DNA of 62,732 nt from a virus (taxonomy: Duplodnaviria; Caudoviricetes), in the IMG/VR virus record IMGVR_UViG_3300005095_000122, positions 1 through 62,732 of that record; one strand, given 5' to 3'. How positions within the stretch are numbered: the first letter of the stretch is position 1; every line of letters begins with the position of its first letter. A model generated the notes under the pieces. The model was not told the origin of the DNA. It saw only the letters and a program-made list of their open reading frames with translations, and searched no databases. Below are positions 27,618-37,614 of the stretch, piece by piece. Made by a program: the position numbers and the translations under genes.

Positions 27618-29996
27618 ATGGAAGATATAAAGTCGGTCCAATCCGGTTTATGGAGCGATCCAAACACTTGGGATCTGGGCCGCGTGCCCGATTTCGGAGA
27701 CCGTGTTTGGATAATGGAGGGACATGAAGTAGTAATTGACACGGACGCGCGGTGTGGAGAAGAGGCAGGTTACTACGTTTCGACGGCTTATCCTTATCGC
27801 GAAAGTTATGGTTCTTTAATACTTAGAGGAGTGTTGAAGGCGTCTCGAGAGGTCAACGCTTCGCTTGATTGTCGCGGAACCATTAGTTGTGATGCAGTTT
27901 ATCCAGATCGTGCAGGTGTTTTTGATCTAGGCAACCCAGATGATCCTCTTCCTGCAGATATAACTTTCACTTGGTATCGTAATAATACAGGTTTTGCTAC
28001 TAGGGGTTCTTACTATGCGATAGGTTTTAGAGGATATGCAGCAGACAAGGAACCAAAGTTTTATGCAGTGTCGGCACATTATCGAAGGCGGACAACCTAC
28101 CTTTTGCAGCGGGCCAATCCAGGAGACACAAAAATTTATGTAAAAGATGTAACAGGATGGATGCCAGGCGATAAGTTATTACTGGCTCCAATTTGGGAAG
28201 AGGTAACTAATCGCTATCCTTATCTTCAAGTGACTCCAGATGACTGGGAATGGGTGTTCGTTGATACCGTAAATGGAAATGAGGTCACGTTGCAATCTCC
28301 TTTGAATAAGCCTCACGGTTATGATGATTTAGATTTATTACCGGCTGGATTGGTGAACAACTTCACCAGTAATTTAGTTTTTGAAGGTGGCGGACCGGAT
28401 ACGATGTTGCCAGCAGGTTATTTTTTAATGTCTCGTGTCCACGCTGAGAATGTAGTTGTAACTTATGCAAACAATCCTTGGAGTGGAAGTGGAGCTTGTT
28501 TTTATTGTTTTAAGTGTTCAAGTGCGGTAAACGAACCAGCGAGGATTAAGCATAGTGCTTTCCATGTAGATGCTTCGGAATACCCACAACTTTTGAATCA
28601 TGTTTTGTATTTTTATTATGACATAACGCACTCTGAAATAGAGGACGTGGCCATAGTAGCATCATTGGCTGATGGAAAATATGTCCAATATGGACTGATT
28701 GGTGCAACATCCGGCGGGTTTGATATTTATTTTAAAGATGTCGATATATCAATAATGAAGGAATTTTCGACTTATTCGTTTGGTCTAGGTTCTCAGGTAC
28801 ACCATCTAGAAAATTGCCGTTGTATTGGTAGCCGGATGCCGTATTACCCGCAGGGAACAACAGGTTTCTATGCAAAAAATTGCTGGTCGATTGGGTGTGG
28901 TGATGGTTGGTCTAGTAGGAATGCAACTCCGGTGTTTGAAGACTTACACTTGCACGCGGTGGGCTACTTTTCAAATATGGTCAGAGATTGGCAGAGTCTT
29001 GGCGAGGTTAGGCGTCTTTGGTATAAGCCGGGGATGGTATTAAATGAGAATGTATATCGCAGCGCGCCAGACCAAACGCCCACTTCTCTTCATTATTATG
29101 AAGAAATAAACGGCGCTGCAAATAAGTTAATTTGGTTTTGGGCAGATGGCAAAGTTTGGACTGAAACAGATACGAGGTCGGGCCAAGGTTTGTCAGTCCA
29201 TATTTGGACTTTTGAGACAGATATACCAATAACTTATAAACGCACTTTTTCTATTTTGGAAGGCGAGCCGGTGATGGTTGGTGTTTACGTGAAACGAGTG
29301 TCTGGCTCTGGCGGTGTGTTGAAGATGCGTACAAAGCAGGGAACGGTTCTTCTTGCTGAGGTCGAAGTTAATTTAGAAGATTATCCGTTAGGGGAGTGGT
29401 TTTTTATTTCTTCCGGTGCCTCAGCACATCACACAGGAACGGTTGAGTGGGAGTTTGAGTTAACAGGGACGGTGCCGGATGGAGACCCTGAGATCGTCTT
29501 ATCGGATTTCCAAGAACCCTTTACCCAGGACGAGAACCGCATAGCCCGTGCAGTTTGGGCACAGTTGTTGTCCGACAACAACGTCTCAGGAAGTTTTGGT
29601 GAGTATGTGGGCCAGTTGTTGAAATCAGAGACAGCCTTTGAAGTTTGGAGAGAATTATTAGCAACCTATACCGAACCCGGTTCGGCAGCGGTACTGTTGA
29701 AAGAAATTTTTGCAAAGGTGCAAGGCTTGCCAGAACATCCGGCGTCGGTGGAGGACTTAGCAACTTTAGCGAGCAAGTCCGACATGGACGCTTTGCAAGC
29801 GGCGGTGGTTGTAGTAAAAGCGGCATTGCTTGGTAAACTAGAGATGAGAGATGATGGGAGTGGTAATACCGAACTAGTAATTTATAACGAAGCTGGTTCG
29901 GAGGTAGTAGCCAGGTTTGCATTATATGATAAGACGGGACAGAATAAATTTACGACGTTACCCGAGACAGCGATAGTGAAGCGGGAGCCGAAATGA
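27618..29996 (+). CDS. G8-domain virion protein, possible tailspike/depolymerase
   Basis: N-terminal SVQSGLWSDPNTW..GRVP..GD.V.I..GHEVVID (G8-like), beta-rich middle, C-terminal AVW/EVW repeats. Confidence 0.6.
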   Translation: MEDIKSVQSGLWSDPNTWDLGRVPDFGDRVWIMEGHEVVIDTDARCGEEAGYYVSTAYPYRESYGSLILRGVLKASREVNASLDCRGTISCDAVYPDRAGVFDLGNPDDPLPADITFTWYRNNTGFATRGSYYAIGFRGYAADKEPKFYAVSAHYRRRTTYLLQRANPGDTKIYVKDVTGWMPGDKLLLAPIWEEVTNRYPYLQVTPDDWEWVFVDTVNGNEVTLQSPLNKPHGYDDLDLLPAGLVNNFTSNLVFEGGGPDTMLPAGYFLMSRVHAENVVVTYANNPWSGSGACFYCFKCSSAVNEPARIKHSAFHVDASEYPQLLNHVLYFYYDITHSEIEDVAIVASLADGKYVQYGLIGATSGGFDIYFKDVDISIMKEFSTYSFGLGSQVHHLENCRCIGSRMPYYPQGTTGFYAKNCWSIGCGDGWSSRNATPVFEDLHLHAVGYFSNMVRDWQSLGEVRRLWYKPGMVLNENVYRSAPDQTPTSLHYYEEINGAANKLIWFWADGKVWTETDTRSGQGLSVHIWTFETDIPITYKRTFSILEGEPVMVGVYVKRVSGSGGVLKMRTKQGTVLLAEVEVNLEDYPLGEWFFISSGASAHHTGTVEWEFELTGTVPDGDPEIVLSDFQEPFTQDENRIARAVWAQLLSDNNVSGSFGEYVGQLLKSETAFEVWRELLATYTEPGSAAVLLKEIFAKVQGLPEHPASVEDLATLASKSDMDALQAAVVVVKAALLGKLEMRDDGSGNTELVIYNEAGSEVVARFALYDKTGQNKFTTLPETAIVKREPK

Positions 29997-30160
29997 ACCT
30001 GTTAACGCAGGGATATGGGGACCAACAACACGGGTTTTTGATAACTTTTGGTTTTGGTGCGGTGCGTGTAGTGGTAGATCGTCACTTTGTGAAGGTGCTA
30101 AATTTTGTTGGAAGCCTAAAACAAGTGATATTGGTGGAGGGACGCACTTGTTGGAAGTAG
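29993..30160 (+). CDS. Small hypothetical protein (55 aa; not in ORF track)
   Basis: ATG overlaps the upstream stop; MNLLTQGYGDQQHGFLITFGFG... Confidence 0.5.
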   Translation: MNLLTQGYGDQQHGFLITFGFGAVRVVVDRHFVKVLNFVGSLKQVILVEGRTCWK

Positions 30161-30309
30161 TAGGAACTTTAGAGCAGATTGATGTAGTAGGCACGTTGTC
30201 AGTGGAATTGTCGGCGGAATCGGCGATACAGTTTTTAGTGGAGGTGGAGACCAACCCATTTGGGAAACTAGAGTTTGATTCACCAGAGTCTTTTGTGGAG
30301 GTGGATTAA
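30148..30309 (+). CDS. Small acidic hypothetical protein (53 aa; not in ORF track)
   Basis: TTG start 7 nt after GGAGG; the stop overlaps the next ATG (TAATG). Confidence 0.45.
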   Translation: MLEVVGTLEQIDVVGTLSVELSAESAIQFLVEVETNPFGKLEFDSPESFVEVD

Positions 30310-30596
30310 TGCCTTTTGTGGGTGATAAAAATACGTTGGTAAGATACAAGTTCCCGTGTGAAGCAGTGATCGAACAAGCAACATTTGAGATAAAGAAACC
30401 GGATGGTACTACACTCACGTTAGATGGGACGGTGGTACCAAGTACGGAAACAAGGTATAAGTTTTATATTGATTGTGTGGTACCAGAGTTTGACCAGCAG
30501 GGTATTTGGTGCATAGTATTAAAAGTGAGAACTGATTCTTGGGAGGGAACCGTTTCTCCTGTGCAGCAAATTTTAGTGCAGGGAATCTGTGAATGA
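30309..30596 (+). CDS. Ig-like / BppU-like virion protein
   Basis: FEIKKPDGT...FDQQGIW pattern of small beta-sandwich virion proteins. Confidence 0.45.
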   Translation: MPFVGDKNTLVRYKFPCEAVIEQATFEIKKPDGTTLTLDGTVVPSTETRYKFYIDCVVPEFDQQGIWCIVLKVRTDSWEGTVSPVQQILVQGICE

Positions 30597-30612
30597 CTTT
30601 AGGGGGTGTATA

Positions 30613-30783
30613 ATGGCGGTAAAAATCAAAGTCGATCGAGACGAGTTAAGGTTTGGTGACAAGGTATATAAGCGTGGTGATGAGTTAGAGGTGCCCGAGT
30701 TTTGGGCGAAGGTAATTGTGAAGGATCTAAAGGCGGGTGTTCCGGTAAGGACCCGTCGTAAAGAGGAAAAGCGAGAAGAATAA
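30613..30783 (+). CDS. Small hypothetical virion-associated protein
   Basis: YKRGDELEV..A pattern; RBS AGGGGG. Confidence 0.45.
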   Translation: MAVKIKVDRDELRFGDKVYKRGDELEVPEFWAKVIVKDLKAGVPVRTRRKEEKREE

Positions 30784-30799
30784 CAAAAGGGGGTAAAAC

Positions 30800-31234
30800 A
30801 TGGGCAGATTTTTTAAGGGGTTTCGTAAGGCGGTAAAATCCAATGAAGAAATGGCGATTTTGATTGCCACAGATGCTTTGGCAATTTATCTCTATGGCCG
30901 AGAAGAAGATGCCAAGGTGATTAAAGAAGGTCTCCAAGATGCTTTGGAAGTTTTGGATGATCCCGAGGTGACTACGGAGGACAAAATCCATGAACTAGTG
31001 TCTGACGCAATCAATAAGGTTCTAACAGACGCCCCGCTTTATGTGAAGGTGGCCGCACGTAACACCATGCGAACTATTGTTAGCCTGGTAAGTGAAAAAC
31101 TCGGAGGGATAGACGAAGATAAAATCCTTGACCCAGATGAACGTAAAGCCTGGAAACACGTCCTTGAAGAGATGATAGAAATTTGTGATATGGCTATTGA
31201 AGAGCGGGAACGTCGGAAGAAAAAGACGAAATGA
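30800..31234 (+). CDS. Hypothetical helical protein
   Basis: 144-aa ORF with RBS. Confidence 0.6.
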   Translation: MGRFFKGFRKAVKSNEEMAILIATDALAIYLYGREEDAKVIKEGLQDALEVLDDPEVTTEDKIHELVSDAINKVLTDAPLYVKVAARNTMRTIVSLVSEKLGGIDEDKILDPDERKAWKHVLEEMIEICDMAIEERERRKKKTK

Positions 31235-31395
31235 GGGATTCTTTTTGGTGGGTAGTGACATTGGTGGTACTTTTAATGTTGTTACTACTGACCACATTTG
31301 CGACGGAAATAATTGCCCAGGCGGTACTTGAGGCTTTGGACCAGGTATCGCTTGGGCTTTTGTGTATAAAGAAAGTGTTTAAAAACTTATTGTAG
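31231..31395 (+). CDS. Small membrane protein (54 aa; not in ORF track)
   Basis: ATGA overlap with the upstream stop; MRDSFWWVVTLVVLLMLLLLTTFA hydrophobic segment. Confidence 0.5.
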   Translation: MRDSFWWVVTLVVLLMLLLLTTFATEIIAQAVLEALDQVSLGLLCIKKVFKNLL

Positions 31396-31405
31396 GGGAG
31401 AGAAA

Positions 31406-31825
31406 ATGCGTTTGGAGCGAAGAATAGAGTTGGATGGGATAGGACAAGTGGTTGTGCGGGAACTGACTCCGCGCATAGTGCGGAATCTTTTGTCTCAGAT
31501 ACCGGATGAGGAAGAGTTAAAGAATATGACACTTCTTGAGTATGCAAAGAAATTTATGTTGGACTTTTTCGAGTTTTTGGGGGATTGTATCGAACTGCCG
31601 AACGGGTACACTTATCAAGACCTTTCCTATTCAGCGATTGAAAAGATAATGCAGGCTTTTTCGGAGGTGAACGAGGCTTTTTTCAGGGTGCAGGAGCGGC
31701 TTCTGCCCGTTCCGGTAATGCAATTTTTGAATTGGAATGTGCCGTCTTCGCTCTTAGCGAACGAGGACATTCCCAGCCCTGGGAGTGGGGATGGGGATTC
31801 TTCGCAAAAAGCACAGAGTACTTAA
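31406..31825 (+). CDS. Tail assembly chaperone (gpG-like); a -1 frameshift product would end at 31857
   Basis: Directly upstream of the tape measure gene; VVRELT..., VNEAFF; slippery T TTT TTC at 31678-31684. Confidence 0.75.
   Translation: MRLERRIELDGIGQVVVRELTPRIVRNLLSQIPDEEELKNMTLLEYAKKFMLDFFEFLGDCIELPNGYTYQDLSYSAIEKIMQAFSEVNEAFFRVQERLLPVPVMQFLNWNVPSSLLANEDIPSPGSGDGDSSQKAQST
31678..31684 (+). other. Programmed -1 ribosomal frameshift site (tail chaperone gpG/gpGT)
   Basis: In-frame X XXY YYZ heptamer. The -1 frame is open to TAA 31855-31857, encodes LECAVFALSERGHSQPWEWGWGFF, and overlaps the tape measure start. Confidence 0.7.
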
Positions 31826-31849
31826 AGCACCTAGAGAAGGGGGCTAAGA

Positions 31850-34800
31850 GTGGCTAAACAAGCTCGGTTGGATTTACTCATCAACGTGGCCCTGAGCGGT
31901 CTTCGCGAGGCCGAGAAGCTTCGTCAGGCCCTCGACAATCTAGGAAAGGTTCGTTCTTTTCAACAACTTTCTCAGCAGCTCACTAAGACCGAGCAGGAGC
32001 TACAACGGGCGAAACAGCGCTTTACCGAGCTAAGACAACAAATCAGAGCCACTCAAGCCCCGAGCACACAGCTAAAGGCCGAGTTTGAAAAGGCTTCTCA
32101 AACCGTCCAGCAGCTCTCCCAGCGCTACAACCGGCTCAAGTCTCAGTTAGGTGAGCTTCGGTCTTCTCTCCAGCAGGCAGGAATCAGTACCAGAAGTCTG
32201 GCCGATGCCGAACGGCTCTTAACTCAGGAAACCCAGCGTTTGGAGCAGACTCTCCGTCGCACCTCTGCTTTGGATGCCTACAAGAGGATGTTGAATGTGA
32301 AGCCCTTTCGACAGGTGCAGGCGGAGATTCAGCGATTGAACCAAGCTTATAAGGAACTGGAGCGCGGTTTTCGACGCGGAGAAGTAACCTCATTTGAACT
32401 AGCGAAGGCAAAGGTGAATTTGCGTAAGCGAGTGTCCGAACTCTCCCGAGAGTACCGTGTTTTGCATAAAGAGCAAACACAGGTACTTGATTCGTTCAAA
32501 GGACTTATTGCTGCTTATGCTTCTTACCAGGGCCTAGTGCAGCTCAAGCAGCACGTACAAGAGGCCGTTCAAGCGTATGTACGGTTTGACGACGCCATTC
32601 GTAGTGTGGCGGCCGTAGCTCGGGCCTCCGAGGAAGATTTTCAGCGTCTAGCTCAAACGGCCAGGGAGATGGGCCGCAACACCCGTTACTCGGCCACGGA
32701 GGCCGCTGAGGGCATGCGGTACCTCGCGATGGCCGGTTTTGATGTGAACCAAACCATTTCCGCTATTCCAACGGTGCTCAATCTCGCGGCGGCGGGCATG
32801 ATGGATCTCGGACAGGCGTCGGACATAGTGACCAACATAATGACCCAATTTAATATGTCTATTTCTGAGCTTCCTCATGCGGCCGATTTACTTACCGCGG
32901 CATTCACTCAGTCGAACACGTCTCTAACCGAGTTGGGGTATGCGTTTTCCTACGTCGGTCCCGTAGCCAAATCAGCAGGGCAAACTCTTGAGGAAACCAC
33001 CGCCGTTTTGATGGCCCTTGCCAACGCCGGTTATCGCGGGGAGCGGGCAGGTACGACGCTAAGGCAAGCACTAGTTCGTTTGATAAAGCCCACAGCCGAG
33101 GGCGCGGCCGTACTAGAAAAGTACGGAGTGGCAGTGCGTGATACAGCCGGACGAATGCGGCCTTTGATAGATATTTTGTTAGATCTCCGTCGAGCCGGAA
33201 TTTCGGCTGAGGATACGGTACGGCTTTTTGGAATGATCGCCGGTCCGGGGATGTCAGCAGTTCTCCAACAGGGTGAAGATGCTTTAGTTAGCTATCGCGA
33301 AAAGCTCCAGGATGTGGAGGGAACCGCCCAGAAGGTGGCCCAGTTCCAGGAAGCCGGTCTCGGGGGCGCACTGCGACGGCTAAAGGCCCAATTTGAAGAG
33401 TATCAGATAGCCATTGGTGAGGCCATTAAGCACGATGGTGTGTTGATTGATTCCCTATCCGATTTAGTGGGATGGTTGGAACGCAATCGGGAACAGATAG
33501 CACAGTTAATCGTCCAGCTTTCCCACTATGCGGCCACTCTTTTGCGTTTGGCGCAGTCCGCAGGAGATTTTGTGATAAAGCACAAAGAGTTAGTTTTAAC
33601 TTTGGTCGAAGTGGCAGCCAAGTTGTATATTTTGAACAAGGCTTGGGCATTGTTTAAGACCACTTCGATGACCTTTAGTGCGGCCAAGGCCGTGGCTGAG
33701 TTGCGTGGTATGCACACAGCCTTGGCATTGGTAGAAGGATCTTTGAAGGCGGTGCGCGCAGCCTCTTTGCCCTTGTTGGCTTTGTGGATGGGTTGGGAGT
33801 TGGGGAAGGCCATCAAGGAAATATACGATCTTTCGCAGGCAAATAAACAGTTGAAACAGGCCGAGCAAGATGGGTATTTAGCCGCTATCAAGCTAAAGAC
33901 AGCACTTGAGACTTTTGGCGAGTCCGTAGGTGTACAGATAACCACGATAAAAGAATTGGACCAGTTAATAACCAACGGCACTTTGGTTTGGTCACAGTCG
34001 ATGGGATCGTGGGTTGCTTCGGTGCAGGATGCCCAGGGAGCCGTGCTTTCTTTAACAGATCTTCATAAGCGATTAGACCAGGTTTTGTTGGACCATAAAA
34101 CGACTTTGGAAAGCCAGCGCAATGCCGTTTTTGAAAATTATAAACAAGAAGAGCAGATATTTAATAAGAAGTTAGAGCTTTATGCACAGGATGCAAACAC
34201 TTTTAGCCAGTTGATGTCTTTGCGGCAGCAGCTTTTAGAGATGACGAATAGCCGAGCCCTTGAGCAGTTGTCAACTTATACGGTCCGATCAAAGCAAGCA
34301 GAGGCCGAAATCTTATCTGCGAAGCAACAAATTTGGCAGCAGTCGATAAACGAGTACCGAGCTTTTATCGACTTTTTGGTGCAGGAAGAGCAGCGTCGCC
34401 GCCAGGCCGTAGAGCTTATTGAACAAGAGATTCAACGCGCTCGAATGACGACGGAGCAGTTTATCCGTGAGCTCCGTCGTCAAACCATGACCGAGGAAGA
34501 GGCATATCGTGATCGTTCTTTGGAGGCGGAAGAGAAGATTTCGGCGATGCGCAAGGCTCTTGCGGAGGGCGATTTAAAGTCGGCAAGGCGGTATTATAAC
34601 GAAGCTTTGTCTGCAATAAGGCGGATTTCTCAAGGAATTCAAGACGAAGCACTTAAGCAAGAGGCGCGTAATCAGCAAATCGAACTGGCCACGCGGTTGC
34701 AGCAAACGTATATTTCGGCTTTGGAAAAAGAAAAGAAGAAGCATTCGGAAATCGCCGATGCAGCGGCGCAGGCTAAGCAGACCGTCGAAGAGCGTATTCG

Positions 34801-37240
34801 CGAGATCCAGCAGCAGCTTGAAGAGATAACGGCAAGAAAGCAGGAGCTGAAAATAGCGGTGCAGTTGGAACAGGAGGCGACAAAAGAGCAGGCCCAACAA
34901 TTGCGCAATTATTTGGACTCACTATTCCAAGAGATAAAAGTAAATATCAAGTTATATGATGAGGCAGTGCGTGAGCAAGCCCAGATTTTGCATCGTGATC
35001 TGGAGACAGAGCTTGCCGAAAACCCAATCCGGGCGGCACTGGCTTTGGGTAGTGAAGACCTTCCGAGTCAGGTCGGAGAGGTAAGGGCTTCTTTGTCACG
35101 GTTTTTCGAGGAAGCGCCGATCGCGGTAGCAACTTCTTTGGATACGCAATCGATTTATCAGAGCATGGAGCAGGTACAGCAAGAACTTGGAGAGAAATTT
35201 AACGTGACGGGGACCGCTTCTTTGGATACGTCCCCAATTTTGCAGGCTGCTCAGGCCGCGCGGCAACAGGTAGAAGGGACCCTCACAGGTATTACAACAC
35301 ACTCACAGCACCGCGTTTTTGACAATGCCTCGCAAGTGTTGCAAGCACTGGATAGCTTGCAGGGCCGGGATACATCTTCGACACATACCATTTATGTGCG
35401 TCGAGTGGAGGCCCGTGCTCTTGGTGGACAGATAGACCCGGCAGCTTTTTCTCGCAAGCGGGGATATTTGCCCGGGTACGGTTCGGCCGACTCGGTACCG
35501 GCCCTTTTGATGCCGGGCGAGTTTGTTATCCGGAAAGAAGCCGTTCGGAAGTATGGCCTTCGCTTGTTTCAACTACTAAATTTTGGTCAGTTTCCAAGAG
35601 AGGCTTTGCCAAAATTTGCAACCGGGGGTCTAGTAGATTATTTCCGTCATAACTTGCGAAAGTATCCGTTTAACCCGGCACAGGTACAAGAACAAGTCAT
35701 CTTGGAGAAGGATTACTTTTCGGAAAATTTGTGGAAGCGTCTTTTTAGCGAGGCATTGCGGGAGTTCCGAACGACCGATTCTTTTAAGCCTTTAGTAGAA
35801 GAAGTGAAAAAGGCGCAGTCTCTCCCGGAAGACGAACGCCGACAGTATTTGCAGGATTTGGTAGCACATAAGGATCTTAAGCAGCTTTTGGGTACGGAGG
35901 GCCAGAAATTATTACGGCGTTATACTAGTTTGTTAGCAGCGAAGGCGAGTAGAATCAAAGCACCGGAAGTGTTGCCGCAGACGCTGGTAAGTGCAGGGGT
36001 AATCGAATCACAAGAGTTAGATCGGTTTTCTCGCAGCCTGGTGGCGGCAGTGGCGGCAACAAATGCGCTTCGAGCGGAGCTGGAGACTTACAAATTAAAA
36101 ATACGAACAACAGTGCCCTACCAGCCGCGGGAATTATCAATTCCGTATTCATTTAAAGCAGTCCTTCCTCCGTTTGTATTAACGAAACCGTTTCAGGTAT
36201 TTGGACAGAATCCACGACGGGCGTTTGATGTCGGGAACGTAGCGAATTTTTTGACGGTGATCGACGCGTGGACAAACTTGTTTAAGCCGGAGACGGTTTC
36301 TAGTGGAGGCGGCCGCTTGTGGACTTGGACGGATGCAGGTTTGGGTCGTGAGTACGGACCGCTTTTTAAAGAGGCGTCCAAGCATTTGGTGACTTTTCCG
36401 TTGACGTATGCCGTGAATCATACCGAGCAAGTATTAGCAGCCATAAAGAGACGGCAGGCTGAATTGGAGCAAACTTCGCGAGAACTATCAAAGAAAACAG
36501 AGGAGTATTTTGATCGTGCGGGAGAGCTATGGAATCGCGTTCCCCAGTCCTTTGAGCGCGATCAAGTGAATCGCACAGCGGAGGCCATGTCGGCTTATTT
36601 TCGCAAGGCTTATGACTATTTGAAACAGGAAAAGCGAGTCGAGGCAGAGTTGCGCAGCCTCCGCTCTTTGACGGAACCTATTGCAGCGATTCAGCGCCAG
36701 CGTGAGGTGCAGCAGATAGTGGTGCGGCCTCCGGGTTGGGATGCGTGGGACCCTTCGACGGAAGGACAGTTGCGGCAGCTATATGGGCGGTTTTTTCCGT
36801 ATAAATCACCTTGGTTGTCGGCAGAGCCATTCCTCGCGCGTCAGGACCGCGCACAATCGGCCCTAGCGAAGTCTGTGGCCGGGGCACGTTTCGATCTCGA
36901 CTTCCCGGCTATATTCAGGGGCGTTCCAATACAAAAGTTTCACACGGGCGGATTTGTGGCTTCATTTAGCGGGCTTTCACAGGTGCCTTCGCTGTTACAG
37001 TCGGGAGAATTTGTAATTCGCAAGGAAGCGGTGGATCGATACGGGTTGGGGTTGTTGTCACGGTTGAATTCTTTACAGATTCCCCGTTTTGCGACAGGAG
37101 GTGAGGTGAAGTCGCTTGAGTTTCCAAATCTTGGTCGTGTGGTGATACAAATAAATGGAAAGCAGATGCCAGTTTATGCTGAGTCGGATGTAGCGAAGGA
37201 ATTGGTGAAGCAGTTGCAAAGCTTGGCGGAGGTGAGTTGA
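31850..37240 (+). CDS. Tail tape measure protein (TP901-family core)
   Basis: 1796 aa; TRYSATEAAEGMRYLAMAGF, LANAGYRGERAGTTLR; long coiled regions; C-terminal GEFVIRKEAV motif present twice. Confidence 0.93.
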   Translation: MAKQARLDLLINVALSGLREAEKLRQALDNLGKVRSFQQLSQQLTKTEQELQRAKQRFTELRQQIRATQAPSTQLKAEFEKASQTVQQLSQRYNRLKSQLGELRSSLQQAGISTRSLADAERLLTQETQRLEQTLRRTSALDAYKRMLNVKPFRQVQAEIQRLNQAYKELERGFRRGEVTSFELAKAKVNLRKRVSELSREYRVLHKEQTQVLDSFKGLIAAYASYQGLVQLKQHVQEAVQAYVRFDDAIRSVAAVARASEEDFQRLAQTAREMGRNTRYSATEAAEGMRYLAMAGFDVNQTISAIPTVLNLAAAGMMDLGQASDIVTNIMTQFNMSISELPHAADLLTAAFTQSNTSLTELGYAFSYVGPVAKSAGQTLEETTAVLMALANAGYRGERAGTTLRQALVRLIKPTAEGAAVLEKYGVAVRDTAGRMRPLIDILLDLRRAGISAEDTVRLFGMIAGPGMSAVLQQGEDALVSYREKLQDVEGTAQKVAQFQEAGLGGALRRLKAQFEEYQIAIGEAIKHDGVLIDSLSDLVGWLERNREQIAQLIVQLSHYAATLLRLAQSAGDFVIKHKELVLTLVEVAAKLYILNKAWALFKTTSMTFSAAKAVAELRGMHTALALVEGSLKAVRAASLPLLALWMGWELGKAIKEIYDLSQANKQLKQAEQDGYLAAIKLKTALETFGESVGVQITTIKELDQLITNGTLVWSQSMGSWVASVQDAQGAVLSLTDLHKRLDQVLLDHKTTLESQRNAVFENYKQEEQIFNKKLELYAQDANTFSQLMSLRQQLLEMTNSRALEQLSTYTVRSKQAEAEILSAKQQIWQQSINEYRAFIDFLVQEEQRRRQAVELIEQEIQRARMTTEQFIRELRRQTMTEEEAYRDRSLEAEEKISAMRKALAEGDLKSARRYYNEALSAIRRISQGIQDEALKQEARNQQIELATRLQQTYISALEKEKKKHSEIADAAAQAKQTVEERIREIQQQLEEITARKQELKIAVQLEQEATKEQAQQLRNYLDSLFQEIKVNIKLYDEAVREQAQILHRDLETELAENPIRAALALGSEDLPSQVGEVRASLSRFFEEAPIAVATSLDTQSIYQSMEQVQQELGEKFNVTGTASLDTSPILQAAQAARQQVEGTLTGITTHSQHRVFDNASQVLQALDSLQGRDTSSTHTIYVRRVEARALGGQIDPAAFSRKRGYLPGYGSADSVPALLMPGEFVIRKEAVRKYGLRLFQLLNFGQFPREALPKFATGGLVDYFRHNLRKYPFNPAQVQEQVILEKDYFSENLWKRLFSEALREFRTTDSFKPLVEEVKKAQSLPEDERRQYLQDLVAHKDLKQLLGTEGQKLLRRYTSLLAAKASRIKAPEVLPQTLVSAGVIESQELDRFSRSLVAAVAATNALRAELETYKLKIRTTVPYQPRELSIPYSFKAVLPPFVLTKPFQVFGQNPRRAFDVGNVANFLTVIDAWTNLFKPETVSSGGGRLWTWTDAGLGREYGPLFKEASKHLVTFPLTYAVNHTEQVLAAIKRRQAELEQTSRELSKKTEEYFDRAGELWNRVPQSFERDQVNRTAEAMSAYFRKAYDYLKQEKRVEAELRSLRSLTEPIAAIQRQREVQQIVVRPPGWDAWDPSTEGQLRQLYGRFFPYKSPWLSAEPFLARQDRAQSALAKSVAGARFDLDFPAIFRGVPIQKFHTGGFVASFSGLSQVPSLLQSGEFVIRKEAVDRYGLGLLSRLNSLQIPRFATGGEVKSLEFPNLGRVVIQINGKQMPVYAESDVAKELVKQLQSLAEVS

Positions 37241-37614
37241 TGAGTTGGGTTTTGACCGGCACAACAATCACGGTGTCATTACCCGCCGATTTGGTGTGGA
37301 TAGACAAGTCTTGGCAAGAAGTAGTGGCACAAGTTGATCGTTCTTTAGCAGGAACCTTAATAACACAGACAAGTAGGAAGGTCGGGGGGAGGCCGATAAC
37401 TTTGGTGGGGGATGAGGAAATTTGGGTAAGCAAAGAGCTTCTCGATTCTTTGTTTGAATTATTAAACATTAATGAACAAATGACTTTGACCACACCGACA
37501 GGAGACACATTTGAAGTTGTGTTTCGATACGATGAGCAGGCAATAGAGTTTGAAGAGCTTGCACACAACGTCGAGACGTATAACAATTTAAAAATAAAGC
37601 TGAGGGAAGTGTAA
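37237..37614 (+). CDS. Distal tail-like protein
   Basis: Follows the tape measure gene; LPADLVWID...RSLAGTL...GRPITL. Confidence 0.6.
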   Translation: MMSWVLTGTTITVSLPADLVWIDKSWQEVVAQVDRSLAGTLITQTSRKVGGRPITLVGDEEIWVSKELLDSLFELLNINEQMTLTTPTGDTFEVVFRYDEQAIEFEELAHNVETYNNLKIKLREV

